A program made the position numbers and the translations under genes. A stretch of 64,000 nt of DNA from Eledone cirrhosa (taxonomy: Eukaryota). Below the pieces are notes generated by a model that ran no database searches, was not told the origin of the DNA, and saw only the letters and a program-made list of their open reading frames with translations. Positions 26,844-39,773 of this stretch are shown here, in pieces. Position 1 is the first letter of the stretch; each line of letters opens with the position of its first letter. The stretch is taken from positions 33,976,001 through 34,040,000 of the forward strand of contig OZ024753.1 in assembly GCA_964016885.1 (NCBI GenBank), in the 5' to 3' direction.

Positions 26844-26894
26844 GGCTTCTACAGGACTAGAACTGTTTCACTCGGAAGAAATCATCAGGAAGCC
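26844..26894 (-). ncRNA. Type I hammerhead ribozyme motif (complete)
   Basis: GGCUUC-CUGAUGA-uUUC(uucc)GAGu-GAAACAG(uucuaguc)CUGUA|GAAGCC: 6-bp stem I, 4-bp stem III. Confidence 0.85.
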
Positions 26895-26960
26895 GACTGT
26901 CCAAGTAATGTGGTAAATACTCAGTAATATGATACATACCTCCATATTAATTGGACAGTC

Positions 26961-27003
26961 GGTTTCCTGATGATTTCTCCCGAATGAAACAGTTCTAGTC
27001 CTG
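26961..27003 (+). ncRNA. Inverted partner hammerhead, truncated just before the cleavage site
   Basis: ggtttc-CTGATGA-tttctcccgaat-GAAACagttctagtcctg, then unrelated sequence. Confidence 0.7.
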
Positions 27004-27714
27004 AGGGAGAAATGCTGTGTTACATATTCATAAAATGACAACAATCATTCATTTATTTGGTACCTCCATACTTGTGGTATAGTCGTATTATACTTTTTCT
27101 TGTCTCACCACCATTCTCACCGACTATTAAGACATGATCATAGTTTAAAACTTCCATAACGCGATTCTTGTATGTTTATTATTCATAAACATCTCGTATA
27201 TGCTTTCATAAGCTCCCCTAATATGAACCACGCTATATTAGTACTACAGCTAATTAGTACATACATACATATAGTGTTTATACAAACAAATAATATATGT
27301 GTGCGTTTCCTGTGTGTTTGCATGTGTGTTTGTGTGTGAATTAATTTGTGTATTTATGTGTGTGTGTGTGCGTGTGTGTGTGTATGTGTGTGTATTTATG
27401 TGTGTGTGTGCGTGTGTTCATGCGTGCATCCTTGTGTGTATATTTATGTGTCAGTCGAAATGACATACATAAACGCTTATATTTTGCAACAACAAAAAAT
27501 TAACAATCCAGTCGGTTTTCATGTCCCATAAGAATTACAGGAAATTTAGCAGATAATTAAGCACCAGAATATAGGCTGTTCCAATTAGTTCCTAACAGAG
27601 TCTTGTATCAGACTGAAATTCTTCTACATTTATGACTCAGAGGAAACCCATAATATGAATTGAAATTAGATACAGCGTAAATAGATATAAGAAATCTTAA
27701 GTATCTACAAACAC

Positions 27715-27785
<71 letters not shown>

Positions 27786-27952
27786 GTATATGTATGTTCG
27801 TATGCATGTATGTATATATATATAGATATACAGATACAGACATACACACACACACACACACACACGCACACACACTCACACACACACACACACACATATA
27901 TATATGCAAAAGTTGGAAGCTCCAGGAATATTTATAAAACTGTTATATATTG

Positions 27953-28017
27953 TATTTTGTCTGATGAAAGCATACCATAATTTAACGTGGTGTCCTTGAA
28001 GTATGTATAATAAAATA
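27953..28017 (+). ncRNA. Hammerhead motif, GAAA>GAAG variant (homolog of 25371)
   Basis: tattttgt-CTGATGA-aag…ctt-GAAG-tatgtata-ataaaata, followed by the same tail as 25371. Confidence 0.55.
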
Positions 28018-28057
28018 AATATGGTTTTATAAATATAGTTTCCATTTGTTAATATCG

Positions 28058-28089
<32 letters not shown>

Positions 28090-28183
28090 GGTAGAACACT
28101 TAAAGTAATATCCGCAGTGGTAGAGCATTCAGTCCATGGAACGAGTTTGGTAGAAGTAGTAACACAACAGTTAGTTCACCATA

Positions 28184-28224
28184 CCGAGAAGAATTGTTTC
28201 ACCTTATGCGGATCTTCAGCTCGG
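28184..28224 (-). ncRNA. Degenerate minimal hammerhead motif (a more decayed one faces the other way at 28228-28262)
   Basis: CCGAG-CUGAAGA-uCC(gcauaa)GGu-GAAAC-AAUU-cUU|CUCGG. Stem I is perfect and G16.2 is replaced by C. Confidence 0.6.
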
Positions 28225-28394
28225 ACTCCGAACTGAAGATCTGGAGAAGTAGAGACGAATATTCTATATGACCTAATAGTTGGCTCCAAGACAGAAAACT
28301 TGAATTAATTATGATGAAAAATTTGTATCCATATATATGCATACACAGATACACATATATACATATATATATATAAATATATATATATATACAT

Positions 28395-28524
28395 ATAGGA
28401 ACATTTTCAAGACCCCGACGGCAGAGCTCAAACCGTTTCGACGGCTATTTCTGGACTGTTTAGTCCAGAAATAGCCATCGAAACGGCTTTAAATCTGTAC
28501 TTCCTTACCACACTTCCTTCGTTA
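28395..28524 (+). mobile_element. Fold-back mini-element, diverged and internally deleted copy F
   Basis: gacggctatttctggact/agtccagaaatagccatc arms plus …ttccttcgtta tail. Confidence 0.75.
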
Positions 28525-28546
28525 TATATATATATATATATATATA

Positions 28547-28620
28547 CAGTGGCGGACTGGGTCTAAAAATATTGGTTGCCAGGAGATGAAGGGGGCCCAC
28601 CTACGTATAGAATGCTATCA
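28547..28620 (+). mobile_element. Possible hAT-type DNA transposon end
   Basis: cagtggcggactggg start directly after (TA)n. No matching opposite TIR found. Confidence 0.35.
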
Positions 28621-28802
28621 TTTAATTGTTATAATGAATAAATAACATTTTCGAAAAATACATAAGTGGAAACAAAACAGTGCAATCAAACTTTTGCGGG
28701 AAAATATCTTACCTTCTCCAATAAAAAATATGTATTTTGCGATATCCAGAGACTTTCAATAGCGACCAGAAGTCGACCCTAAATATTACTAATAGCTCTA
28801 GG

Positions 28803-29172
28803 AAACCATGAACGACACCACATGTTTTTAGCTTTGATTTTGAAAGTAGGTTTATAATTATCAATTTTCATTATACTTTTGTAGCTGTCTCGGTGGCCTA
28901 GTTGTTGGAGGAATTATAGACGTTGGTGATCCTGGACTGAAGTTCGATCCTGGTCGGGAGTAGGATTCCTTTTCAGTTTTTTCTATCAGTTGTAAAAATA
29001 AAAACTGAAAAAGGTTACATGTAGGTCTTGTCCAGGATTGAACCCAAGGTCAGGATCTCCACCGTTTCTAGTACCTACCGCTAGGCCTCAGAGACAACTA
29101 AGAAAATCTTATGACAATTCATACTTATAAACCTACTTTCAAAACAAAGTGTTGTGGTGTCGTTCATGTCTT
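28803..29172. repeat. Imperfect ~370-bp palindrome carrying two convergent tRNA-like heads
   Basis: catgaacgacaccaca / tgtggtgtcgttcatg and tttgaaagtaggtttataa / ttataaacctactttcaaa pair. Each arm has ggcctag…gttc(g/a)atcctgg. Confidence 0.7.
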
Positions 29173-29288
29173 TCTTAATGTTATTGCTCCTCCTTAATGT
29201 TATTGCTCCAACGTCAAACATTTCTTTTTACCTTGAGCTATTTAATTGTAAGAGACTATTTTGAGTTTCTAACTCAATATATACCTTT

Positions 29289-29378
<90 letters not shown>

Positions 29379-29381
<3 letters not shown>

Positions 29382-29590
29382 CGTGTGGCTGAGTGGTTAG
29401 AGAATTGGATTCGCAATCGTAAGGTTGTGAGTTCGATTCCTGGACCAGGCGATGCGTTATGTCCTTGAGCAAGACACTTTATTTCATGTTGCTCCTTCTA
29501 CCTGGAGTTGCGACCGATAGATAGTACTAGCAATTGGAAAGACCAACGGAAACATTGTTCCCTCGGTCCGATTTGACGAAAGTCGATCGT
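29379..29590 (+). mobile_element. tRNA-derived CORE-like SINE
   Basis: A box tggctgagtgg, B box gagttcgattcc, tgtccttgagcaagacactt. Reverse copy at 59443-59656. Confidence 0.85.
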
Positions 29591-30139
29591 TCCTGTATAT
29601 ATTATATACACTCAGTTATTGAGCTATATTATGCAGACACGCAATTATAGAATTTCTCTCTCTCTGTTTATTTGTGAATGTGTCTTCCTTTTTTGTGAAT
29701 ACGCGTATGAGCGTGACTGAGACAGCAAAGCCTGCCTTTGTTTTCTTTAAACTACATTCAGGAAAAGAAAAATTCAACCAAAGAATTTTTTCAAGTAGTT
29801 ACGAATTGAATTTAATGAATGCTGTGAAGTGAACTGTGAAATTACTGATTCATTTAAGAAACATTCCTTCTCTGCCTCCCCGTACCCCACCTCTGTCCTC
29901 TTCTCTATCTCTCCTGCGAATTGAGAAATGGGCATCTGCTAAAGAATTAAAATAACTATTTATTCATTCACGATTTTTTTCACTACTTAAAACAATTGAA
30001 AATAATTGAATCGCTAAAAGCATTCAATGAACTTTCTAGTTATGCTTTTGTTTAAATATTTCAGTTATTTCTGAATCTCAGACGAATTCAAACCCCATTG
30101 TTGATATATTAACTCTTTTTTTTTTTTTTTTTACACTGC

Positions 30140-30620
30140 ATCATCCACCGAGGTCAACTTTGCCTTTTCGATGTCGAGAAAATAAAGTACCAGTTCAGTA
30201 CTAGGGTCGACTAAATCACTTTCTCTTTCTCCAAAATCTTTGTCTTTGTGCTTTTGTTAGAAATCATCATTAAGGGTGGAGGATTGGTAGAATCGTTAGG
30301 GCGTAGGACAAATCCTACGTGATATGGGTTACGTGTGTTTATCTTCTAAATTTCAACTTTGTTCTTCACCCTTCCAGGGGTCGATAGAATAATATACCAA
30401 TTAAATACTGAGTCGATTTAATCTATTTTGTCCTTCCTCCAAATTTTCTGGCCTTGTGCCTCAATTAGAAATCATTATACACGTCGTACTCTGTATCACA
30501 CTGAATCTCCCTGAAAAGTACGTGACGTGTACAATGCTCAGCCACTTACATGTTAATCTCGTGAGCAGGCTATTCCGTTGGTCAAGCAATTAGAGCATCC
30601 TTCGGCAAAACTGACGGAGA
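30140..30620 (+). mobile_element. Cluster of degenerate SINE copies
   Basis: Two cores of the dominant family plus a SINE body also present reversed at 31565-31708. Confidence 0.6.
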
Positions 30621-30635
30621 TACATACCATGTATG

Positions 30636-30677
<42 letters not shown>

Positions 30678-30729
30678 CAGCGAGATTCGGATTTCGGATG
30701 TGGTCGAAAACAAAGCGAAACGCAATATC

Positions 30730-30822
<93 letters not shown>

Positions 30823-30854
30823 TATGATTTATGCTCTGAAATAGCGATGTGTAC

Positions 30855-31003
30855 ATGAATGTATGTATACGATATTTGGCAATATACCATATACACCGAA
30901 AAGAAGTAAGTGACATAGTCACTAATTTAAAACTGATAGCATGTGGTCTTCTAAATGTTCTTAATTAAACATACGGTATATTGCCAAATATACTATACAT
31001 ACA

Positions 31004-31008
<5 letters not shown>
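30855..31008. repeat. Small MITE-like element with ~34-bp imperfect TIRs
   Basis: atgaatgtatgtatacgatatttggcaatatacc / ggtatattgccaaatatactatacatacattcat. Confidence 0.6.
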
Positions 31009-31088
<80 letters not shown>

Positions 31089-31148
31089 CTATCCCTTTCT
31101 CTCTGTTGCTAACTCTCTATCTCTATCTTTATATTTATATTTTTCTCT

Positions 31149-31231
<83 letters not shown>

Positions 31232-31314
31232 ATCCTCTCTTTCCCTCTCTCGTCAATTAAACTCTTCTTTAAAGGAACAACCATAGGTGGCAGTCTAACG
31301 GATATCTATTCCCA

Positions 31315-31396
<82 letters not shown>

Positions 31397-32139
31397 TTTT
31401 ATCGTATATTATTAGTTCAATTTTTAATCGATTCTGGAGAAATATTATTAGATACACCATCTCCGAATTGTGGAGTATAAAATCTATAGAAAACTTCATT
31501 CCAATTCATAACGACTATTGTCAACTCAGTGATTCACTGAAAGAGTGCAAAGTGTGTGTTGGACCTCCGTCGGTTTCGGTGATGAGTGTTCCAGATGGTC
31601 GTAAAAGGGAACTACCTGCTTGTGAAATTAACGAATTAACGTGCAAGTGGCTGAATATTCTACAGACACGTGTACCTATAATCTAGTTCTCAGAGCGATT
31701 CAGCGTCCTTTTATTACACATGTGTTGGTCTCCTCATTTTTTTAGTCTTGTTTTTTTTTTTATCTATGATATAAACTCTAAAATAATCCTGAACTTAACA
31801 GACTGGAACCCCAACTATATACGCACACATACCTAAACACATACACACACACATAAACGCGCAGATACTCACACACATGCACGCACATATACCCATACAC
31901 AAAATCAAACGCGCAGATACGCACACACACACGCACGCATTACACACATGTCATCATTACACACACACACACATAAACGCGCAAACACGGACACACATGC
32001 AAGCATATATACACATACACAAAATCACACGCACGTATGTACACACATACCATCATCCCACACACACACGCACAAAACTCGCAGACACCAAACAGCATCA
32101 AAATGCTATCTGGGTGTTTATTTTTCAATAGAAAATTAA

Positions 32140-32172
<33 letters not shown>

Positions 32173-32651
32173 TCAATAGAAGCTTCTAGTAAATCAATCG
32201 AATCCTGACACATTAAACCCAACACCTACCCTCATCACTCCATCTACATAAAGAAAAAACTTCAAAAGAAAATACTTATATGTTTAACAGACCACAAAAT
32301 ATGAGGACGTTTTTTTTTTAATATTCGATAAATTTGACATAACCAATCGAAACCGGTAATATTTGATGAAACTTAAATTTATTTGATGTAACAAATATAA
32401 AAATACTTATTCTGTTGGATTAAATATAAATGAAAATTTTTAATGTATTTCTGTGCTTTTCCATTTTCACTTTTTATCTATAATATTCGATGTGTATGGA
32501 ACTTTTATTAACTATATATGTAAGTATGTATATGTGTGTGTCTGCATATATATATATATAGATGTGTGTGTGTGTGTATGTATATGTGTGTATGTTATGT
32601 ATGTATATATGTGTGTGTTTATGTATGTATATATATATATATGTGTGTACG

Positions 32652-32693
<42 letters not shown>

Positions 32694-32919
32694 CGTACAC
32701 ACATATATATATATATATACATATTACACACATATATATATACATACATAACATATATATATATGTATATATACATATATATATACATACACACATACAC
32801 ACATATATATAATGTATATATACATATATATATATATACATACACACATACACACGTATATATAATGTATATATACATATATATATATATATACATACAC
32901 ACATACACACATATATATA

Positions 32920-32971
<52 letters not shown>

Positions 32972-32995
32972 TATATATATGTGTATGTGTGTATG

Positions 32996-33038
<43 letters not shown>

Positions 33039-33519
33039 GTGTATGTGTGTATATATATATATATATAATGTAGAACATAGCTGTAAGAGAAATCCTCTTG
33101 ATATAAATAATAGCTTAGAAAATTGGGTAAAATACCCATATGGTCGGAAGAAAGTGGCCAACTTAAGGTTATACGTTCTTCAGTTAAAATTCGATATATT
33201 TAACATTTTCTTTCGATAATATTAATTGTAGTAGTGAGTGTATTTGACCTCAGTATTGTGGCATTACGGTCGTGGTAAGACTCGTGGCATTTTGTTTTAT
33301 TTTATATCATTTTACTTTATTATTTCCTACAGTAGTTATTGGTCAATAATGAAACATCATCAAATATTGAGGCATCATTGCAATTTTCACTCGATGCATG
33401 CTGTGTCATTCTTAATTTTATTGATTATTTTCCATATCCATTTGGTCAATATTTTTCCACTCTGATCTTTAGGAATCATCCTGTTCCACGTGTGTGTAAA
33501 TCGACCAATAATAGATGTG

Positions 33520-33881
33520 CATAAAACATATAAACATATGTACATATATACATATGTACATATAAACATATGTACATATATACATATGTACATATATACA
33601 TATGTACATATATACATATGTACATATATACATATGTACATATGTACATATATACATATGTACATATATACATATATACATATGTACATATAAACATATA
33701 TACATATGTACATATATACATATGTACATATGGACATATGTACATATATACATATGTACATATATAGATATGTACATATATACATATGTACATATATACA
33801 TATGTACATATAAACATATGTACATATAAACATATGTACATATAAACATATGTACATATATACATATGTACATATATACAT
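33520..33881. repeat. 16-bp minisatellite (catatgtacatatata)n, left part
   Basis: Direct inspection. Confidence 0.95.
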
Positions 33882-34184
33882 AAATAATAACTTTGAATAA
33901 CTTTGAAATGTTTTTGGCCAGTATTGGCCCAGGCCATGTCTAACTTAATAGCACCACCTGGCGAAGTCTTTCAATTCAGGATTTGGGCACCATGGCCCAT
34001 TGGAGAAGAGAATTGCTGTTTGCGGAGACATATCCGGGTGTGGGTGGTTTGTCCGGGATTACTTGGAGGAATTTGTCCAAAGACTTCTTGAATTTTGTGT
34101 GGTCAGTTTCTGTTTTGACGTGTCCTGGTGTGATGTTGAAGAGAGCAGGGCCGATTGAGGTGAAATAATTGTGCCGTATTGTTG

Positions 34185-35646
34185 TTATGAGTTGCGATTT
34201 AGATTTTTGAATGGGCGGATAGCACGGGGCCCAAGCCTTGGATGTATCTTGAAGGCGATGCCAACATCATTTGGGCAGTGATGATGGAACATTTTCCACA
34301 TCATGCAGATAATATAACGCTCACGGCGACGTTGGAGTGAGTAAAGTTTCAGGTTTTCTAATCGACCCCAGTAGTCAAGGTCTGACATGGCATCTATCTT
34401 TTTCGTGATTGCCCTTTGAGGAGCTTCAAGTTTCATGATACTTTGTTTCGTGTGGGGAGACCACAGTGGACAACAGTATTCAAGGTGTGGTCGGGCAAAA
34501 GTAGAGAAGAGAAGGATAATGGTGCGGGAATCTCTCGACTGGAAGGTTCTGAGGATCCAGGAACACATTCTGCGGGCCATGTCAACTTTGCTGCTTATAT
34601 GCGTGGTCCAGCTTATGTTGCTGTCCACGGTTACTCCCAAGTCTCTGATGTTGTTAGATGCCACGAGAGTTTCCCCGGAGGGAAGGGAGTACGGGAGTTT
34701 CAGAGCATCCTCTTTTCCAAAGTGGATCAGTTCGAATTTGTCTTCGTTCAGTAACATGTTGTTCTTTTCTGCCATTGGGTAACAGCCAGTAGGTCTGACT
34801 GAAGGCTTATCCGGTCATCCACGCCATTGATGACCTTTTGGAGCTTGGAATCATCAGCGAAAATTTTAATGTTGCTGTGTTTGATGATGTCAGTGATGTC
34901 ATTAATATAGATGATGAAGAGAAGTGGGCCCAACACAGTGCCTTGTGGGACCCCACTACTGACTTTGGCTGGGCTTGATTTGACTCCCTCAACTACAACA
35001 TGTTGGGTTCTGTTTGACAGGAAGCTCTTGATCCACTGCAGCAGCTTTCCAGTGACACCAATATTGGACAGCTTTCTCAGTAGAATGTTATGATCAACCC
35101 TGTCAAAGGCCTTGCTGAAATCAAGGTAGATAACATCAGTGTTGGAACCCTCTCCCAAGGCTCTCAAAATGTCATCAAAGTGATGCAGTAGCTGCGTCAA
35201 GCAATCCCTTCCATTACGGAATCCATGCTGGTTGGAGTTCAGCATATTGTTACTCTCAAGGAAGTGGGTCATTCGCGATCTCACCACTCTCTCAAATACC
35301 TTAATGATATGAGAGGTGAGTGAGATTGGACGGTAATTCACGGCAAGGGATTTGTTTCCCTTTTTGAAAACTGGGACAACAGACTGGGATAGAAGGTTTT
35401 CTGGCACATATCCAGCATCCAGTGAGTTCCGCCACAGATTGGCAAGAGGAGATGCAAGTTGGTGTTGACACGCCTTCAAGACACAAGCAGGGAACCTATC
35501 GGGACCTACTGCTGAATTATGCTTGATTTCCTTTATTGCCGCCAAGACATCAGGGGCGCCAAACGTTATGTCCGATAAGGTGTAATGGGGAGTAACATCG
35601 CCGATACAGCCCAGATCGGCCATATCAGGATTGCTGAAAACAGAGC
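34185..35646 (-). pseudogene. LINE reverse transcriptase ORF, split by frameshift near 34770
   Basis: ORFs 34748-35623 and 34185-34775 are consecutive parts of one RT. Confidence 0.9.
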
Positions 35647-35662
35647 AGTATTGTTTCTGCAG

Positions 35663-35844
35663 CGGTGGATTGGCACTATCGGTAGAGGGTCGGACGCCAT
35701 GCTTTCAAGCATAGTTACGTCCCTTTACGATCTGAGTTCAAATCCCGCCGAGGTTGACTTTGCCTTTCATCCTTACGGGGTCGATAAAATAAAGTACCAG
35801 TAATGCACTGGGTAATTGCTGGCCTTGTGCCTAAAGTAGAAACA
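35663..35844 (+). mobile_element. tRNA-derived SINE inserted in the LINE, with 16-bp TSD
   Basis: agtattgtttctgcag at 35647-35662 and 35845-35860. A/B boxes present. Confidence 0.95.
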
Positions 35845-36205
35845 AGTATTGTTTCTGCAGTATCTCACCCATGGTTTTAGCATTGTCTTGAAGAGTGCCA
35901 TTTTCATCAATTAGAGGGCCAACAGTAGAGCCAGTGATTTTGTGTTTTTTTGCAAATGAAAAGAACACTTTGGGATTGAGTTTGATCTTCTCAATGGCCC
36001 AGGCCTCTTCAGCTCTTCTCTGATTGTTGATGAGGGACATTATGTTGTTTTGGAGGTTATGTTTTTTAATCTCTAGTGATGAAATGGCAGTCAAGTTGAT
36101 GTGTTGCTGCTGACAGTATTTCAGCTTGTTGATTTTTTTGTTCGTTCTCTTAATTTTTCTGATGAGCGTTTTTCTATTTCTAGGGATTCTGCTCTTAGAT
36201 TTGAT

Positions 36206-36960
36206 GTACATATATACATATGTACATATAAACATATGTACATATATACATATGTACATATAAACATATGTACATATAAACATATGTACATATATACATA
36301 TGTACATATATACATATGTACATATATACATATGTACATATATACATATGTACATATATACATATGTACATATATACATATGTACATATATACATATGTA
36401 CATATATACATATGTACATATGTATATATGTACATATATACATATGTACATATAAACATATGTACATATATACATATGTACATATAAACATATGTACATA
36501 TATACATATGTACATATAAACATATGTACATATATACATATGTACATATAAACATATGTACATATATACATATGCACATATATACATATGTACATATATA
36601 CATATGTACATATATACATATGTACATATATACATATGTACATATATACATATGTACATATATACATATGTACATATAAACATATGTACATATATACATA
36701 TGTACATATATACATATGTACATATATACATATGTACATATATACATATGTACATATATACATATGTACATATATACATATGTACATATATACATATGTA
36801 TATATATACATATGTACATATATACATATGTATATATATACATATGTACATATAAACATATGTACATATATACATATGTACATATATACATATATACATA
36901 TGTACATATGTACATATGTACATATATACATATGTACATATATACATATGTACATATACA
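36206..36960. repeat. 16-bp minisatellite, right part
   Basis: Same unit and orientation as 33520-33881. Confidence 0.95.
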
Positions 36961-37956
36961 CAGAAGCCCATAATCAAGAAGACACTGCCTATCCATATAC
37001 CGTGTTCGTGGTTGAACGTTCGTATGGAAGGAGAGGACATTAATAAACACGCAGTGATTAGGTAGTTATGTACAACGTAAACATATTTACAGTCTAAATG
37101 CTTCATTATCAGTAGCAGATGTCTCCTATAATAGTCTTATGTAGTTTAGTAGAGCAAACTCTGCATCTTACATCCGTGAACTACTAACGGAGTCGTAAGT
37201 GTACCATTGTAATATACAATGTGTCTTAGTGTTTTAGGCAATTAAAATCTGGTGAAGCCTATTCCCTCTCCAGGCTCGAACACAATCGATTTCTTCCAGA
37301 GAGAAAGGGGGTGATTGAGAGAGAAAGGGGAAGAATTGAGCCCAGTACTGGACTAGCACTTTAATTATCGACCTCGAAAGGATAAAAGACAACATTGGCG
37401 ACGTCGGAGTAATTTGGACTCAGGCTGCAGAGAACCGGAACACACACCGTAGAAATTCTATCTGATGTTTTAATATCAATTCGCTTCTTCAATCCTTAAG
37501 TATAAACATCCTTAAGATTTTTAATCAGAACTGAAATAGTATAAATTTAATGAACAGCTCTGCTGGTTTATTGATGCCGAGATTGCGTTTAATATATGAA
37601 AGCACAATTAGATGCGGTTATTTAATCAAGAACGCAGAAAATCAGAACATTCTCTGTAATAAAATGGTGAAAGCTATTCCTCATTTGCAGAATAATTATT
37701 TGAATTAATTTTATAGGCCAATCCATCTCCAAGCTATATTTACTGAAGTAGTTAGACCCAGGATTGAACGCTAATTAAATACCTGAAAGTATTTACAGCT
37801 CCTACAGCATAAAGTGTCATTCATTCTACCTTATAATGGTTTTTACAGCTAGCTAAACTGGGTCATTGAGACGTAAGCGTCATTCCCATAAATCACGATC
37901 ATAAAACTATGGTCAGGAATACTGTGTAACGTTAGTTACATAAATTTAACATCTAT

Positions 37957-38280
37957 GGACATTCTAAATCTCTCACGCACGCTTAGAAAAGCTAAACTGA
38001 CTTATGTTTAAAATAACATTAGACAAACCTTAATCCACGTTCATAAAATATCTTAACATGTTTTCTTTAGGTGACTTCTAATTACACTGCAACAGTCTTT
38101 GCTCTTGCAATGAAGCAATTGATATGCCTATCCAAGGACATTTTAAATCTCTTGCGCACACTTAAGAAAAAGTAATGACTGATATTTAAAATATCGTTAT
38201 ACTATCCCTAATCCATGTACATAAAATAAATCGCAGCACGTCTTTTTTTATCACTTCTAATTACACTAAAACAGTCTCTG
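37957..38280. repeat. Diverged tandem duplication (~180-bp period)
   Basis: ggacatt.taaatctct…cctaatcca.gt.cataaaata…cttctaattacact…aacagtct occurs twice. Confidence 0.75.
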
Positions 38281-38402
38281 TTCATCTGAAACAGGATGCT
38301 GTGTATGATTTGATGTGTCTACATATTGTTTCCATCCTCATTTTTACTCTGTATCATTCATGAAATATTTTACGGATTTTTAAGATTTCTGCCTAACTGC
38401 TG

Positions 38403-38503
<101 letters not shown>

Positions 38504-39209
38504 CAATGGATATTATACTTGCATGAGTAGCGCCATATATGACAACACTCACAAATCATCATGAACAACAACAAATAACAACAACGACGACGACGACGAC
38601 AACAACAACACCAACAAAAATAATAACATCCATAAGAAAAACACGACCGCAAACCAAATATTAAGTAATCACAAAATGATATTAATGCCACCATTATCTA
38701 AAACATACTTCGTTGAAAAGGAAGGCAAATAGAGTGGAATATTCTAGCATGATATTATTTACAAGCAATGTCAACAAAGGTTGTGTGTCTTTCTCAATTG
38801 ATATGTTGAAGTAAATATTTACACTTCATTCAATATTTAAAACTACTTCTCGACTTCATCAAATATCAATATTGATTCTCTCTCACAAAGTGCGAAACCT
38901 CGCTCAGTTATTTTCTATTTTCCCTTTACAACATTACCATCAACAAAGCAGTGAGTATAAATGTATTGTATATATATATACATACATAATATATCTATGT
39001 ACCGATATGTTTATCTATCACTCTCTCTATATATATATATATATATACACACACACATATATATATACACACACGCATATATATATATACACACACACAT
39101 ATATATATATACACACACACATATATATGCACACACACATATATATACACACACACATATATATACACACACACATATATACACAGAGAGAGAGAGGGAG
39201 AGAGAGAGA

Positions 39210-39285
<76 letters not shown>

Positions 39286-39335
39286 GAAAGATAGGGAAGA
39301 GGGAGATAGATAGATGCAAGTATACATATTTATAA

Positions 39336-39373
<38 letters not shown>

Positions 39374-39579
39374 ATTACAGAAAGATAAATATATCATATC
39401 TATATCTAAATATATCTGATACTGGCTGTAGGCTTGTAAACAAACCAGTATTAGCTTGCGGACGGATCTCTCGCATATCTGCCTACGATGTAGCCTCATC
39501 CGTTGTAGCGACTTTACCGACTAACTTGTCCTACTGTAGATCCGAATGTTCAATCCTCGCTGGAGGTCTCTATTCCAAA

Positions 39580-39773
39580 CTTCTTCTTCTTCTTCTTCTT
39601 ACTCGACGAAGCCGAGGTCATCCTAAGCCTGCGATCTCAGAAGCATCATCGTACGTAGAGCCAACCAGGTCCACCAGCGCCCTCCATCGCCTGGTGATCC
39701 TATGTCAGCACCTCTGCATCCATCATGGTGATGTCGAGCCTCCGGACATCTTCCTTGATGACATCCAGCCCTC
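39580..39773 (-). mobile_element. RTE-type LINE 3' end with (AAG)n tail
   Basis: Minus-strand WLDVIKEDVRRLDITMMDAEVLT*DH…WRALVDLVGST, short 3' UTR, then (aag)7. Confidence 0.75.

Larger units (their letters stand above)
33882..36205 (-). mobile_element. 5'-truncated CR1-type LINE (reverse transcriptase), frameshifted and SINE-interrupted
   Basis: RT motifs YRPISLTS, QHGFR, YLDFSKAFD, GVPQGTVLGP, FADD. C-terminal ARPHLEYC..LWSP and LYSLQRRRERY. 3' tail (ttcaaagtta)2. Confidence 0.92.

Noticed and set aside
29379-29450. Functional tRNA gene (also other SINE heads)
   Set aside because: A/B boxes run directly into SINE core sequence and no clean cloverleaf can be drawn.
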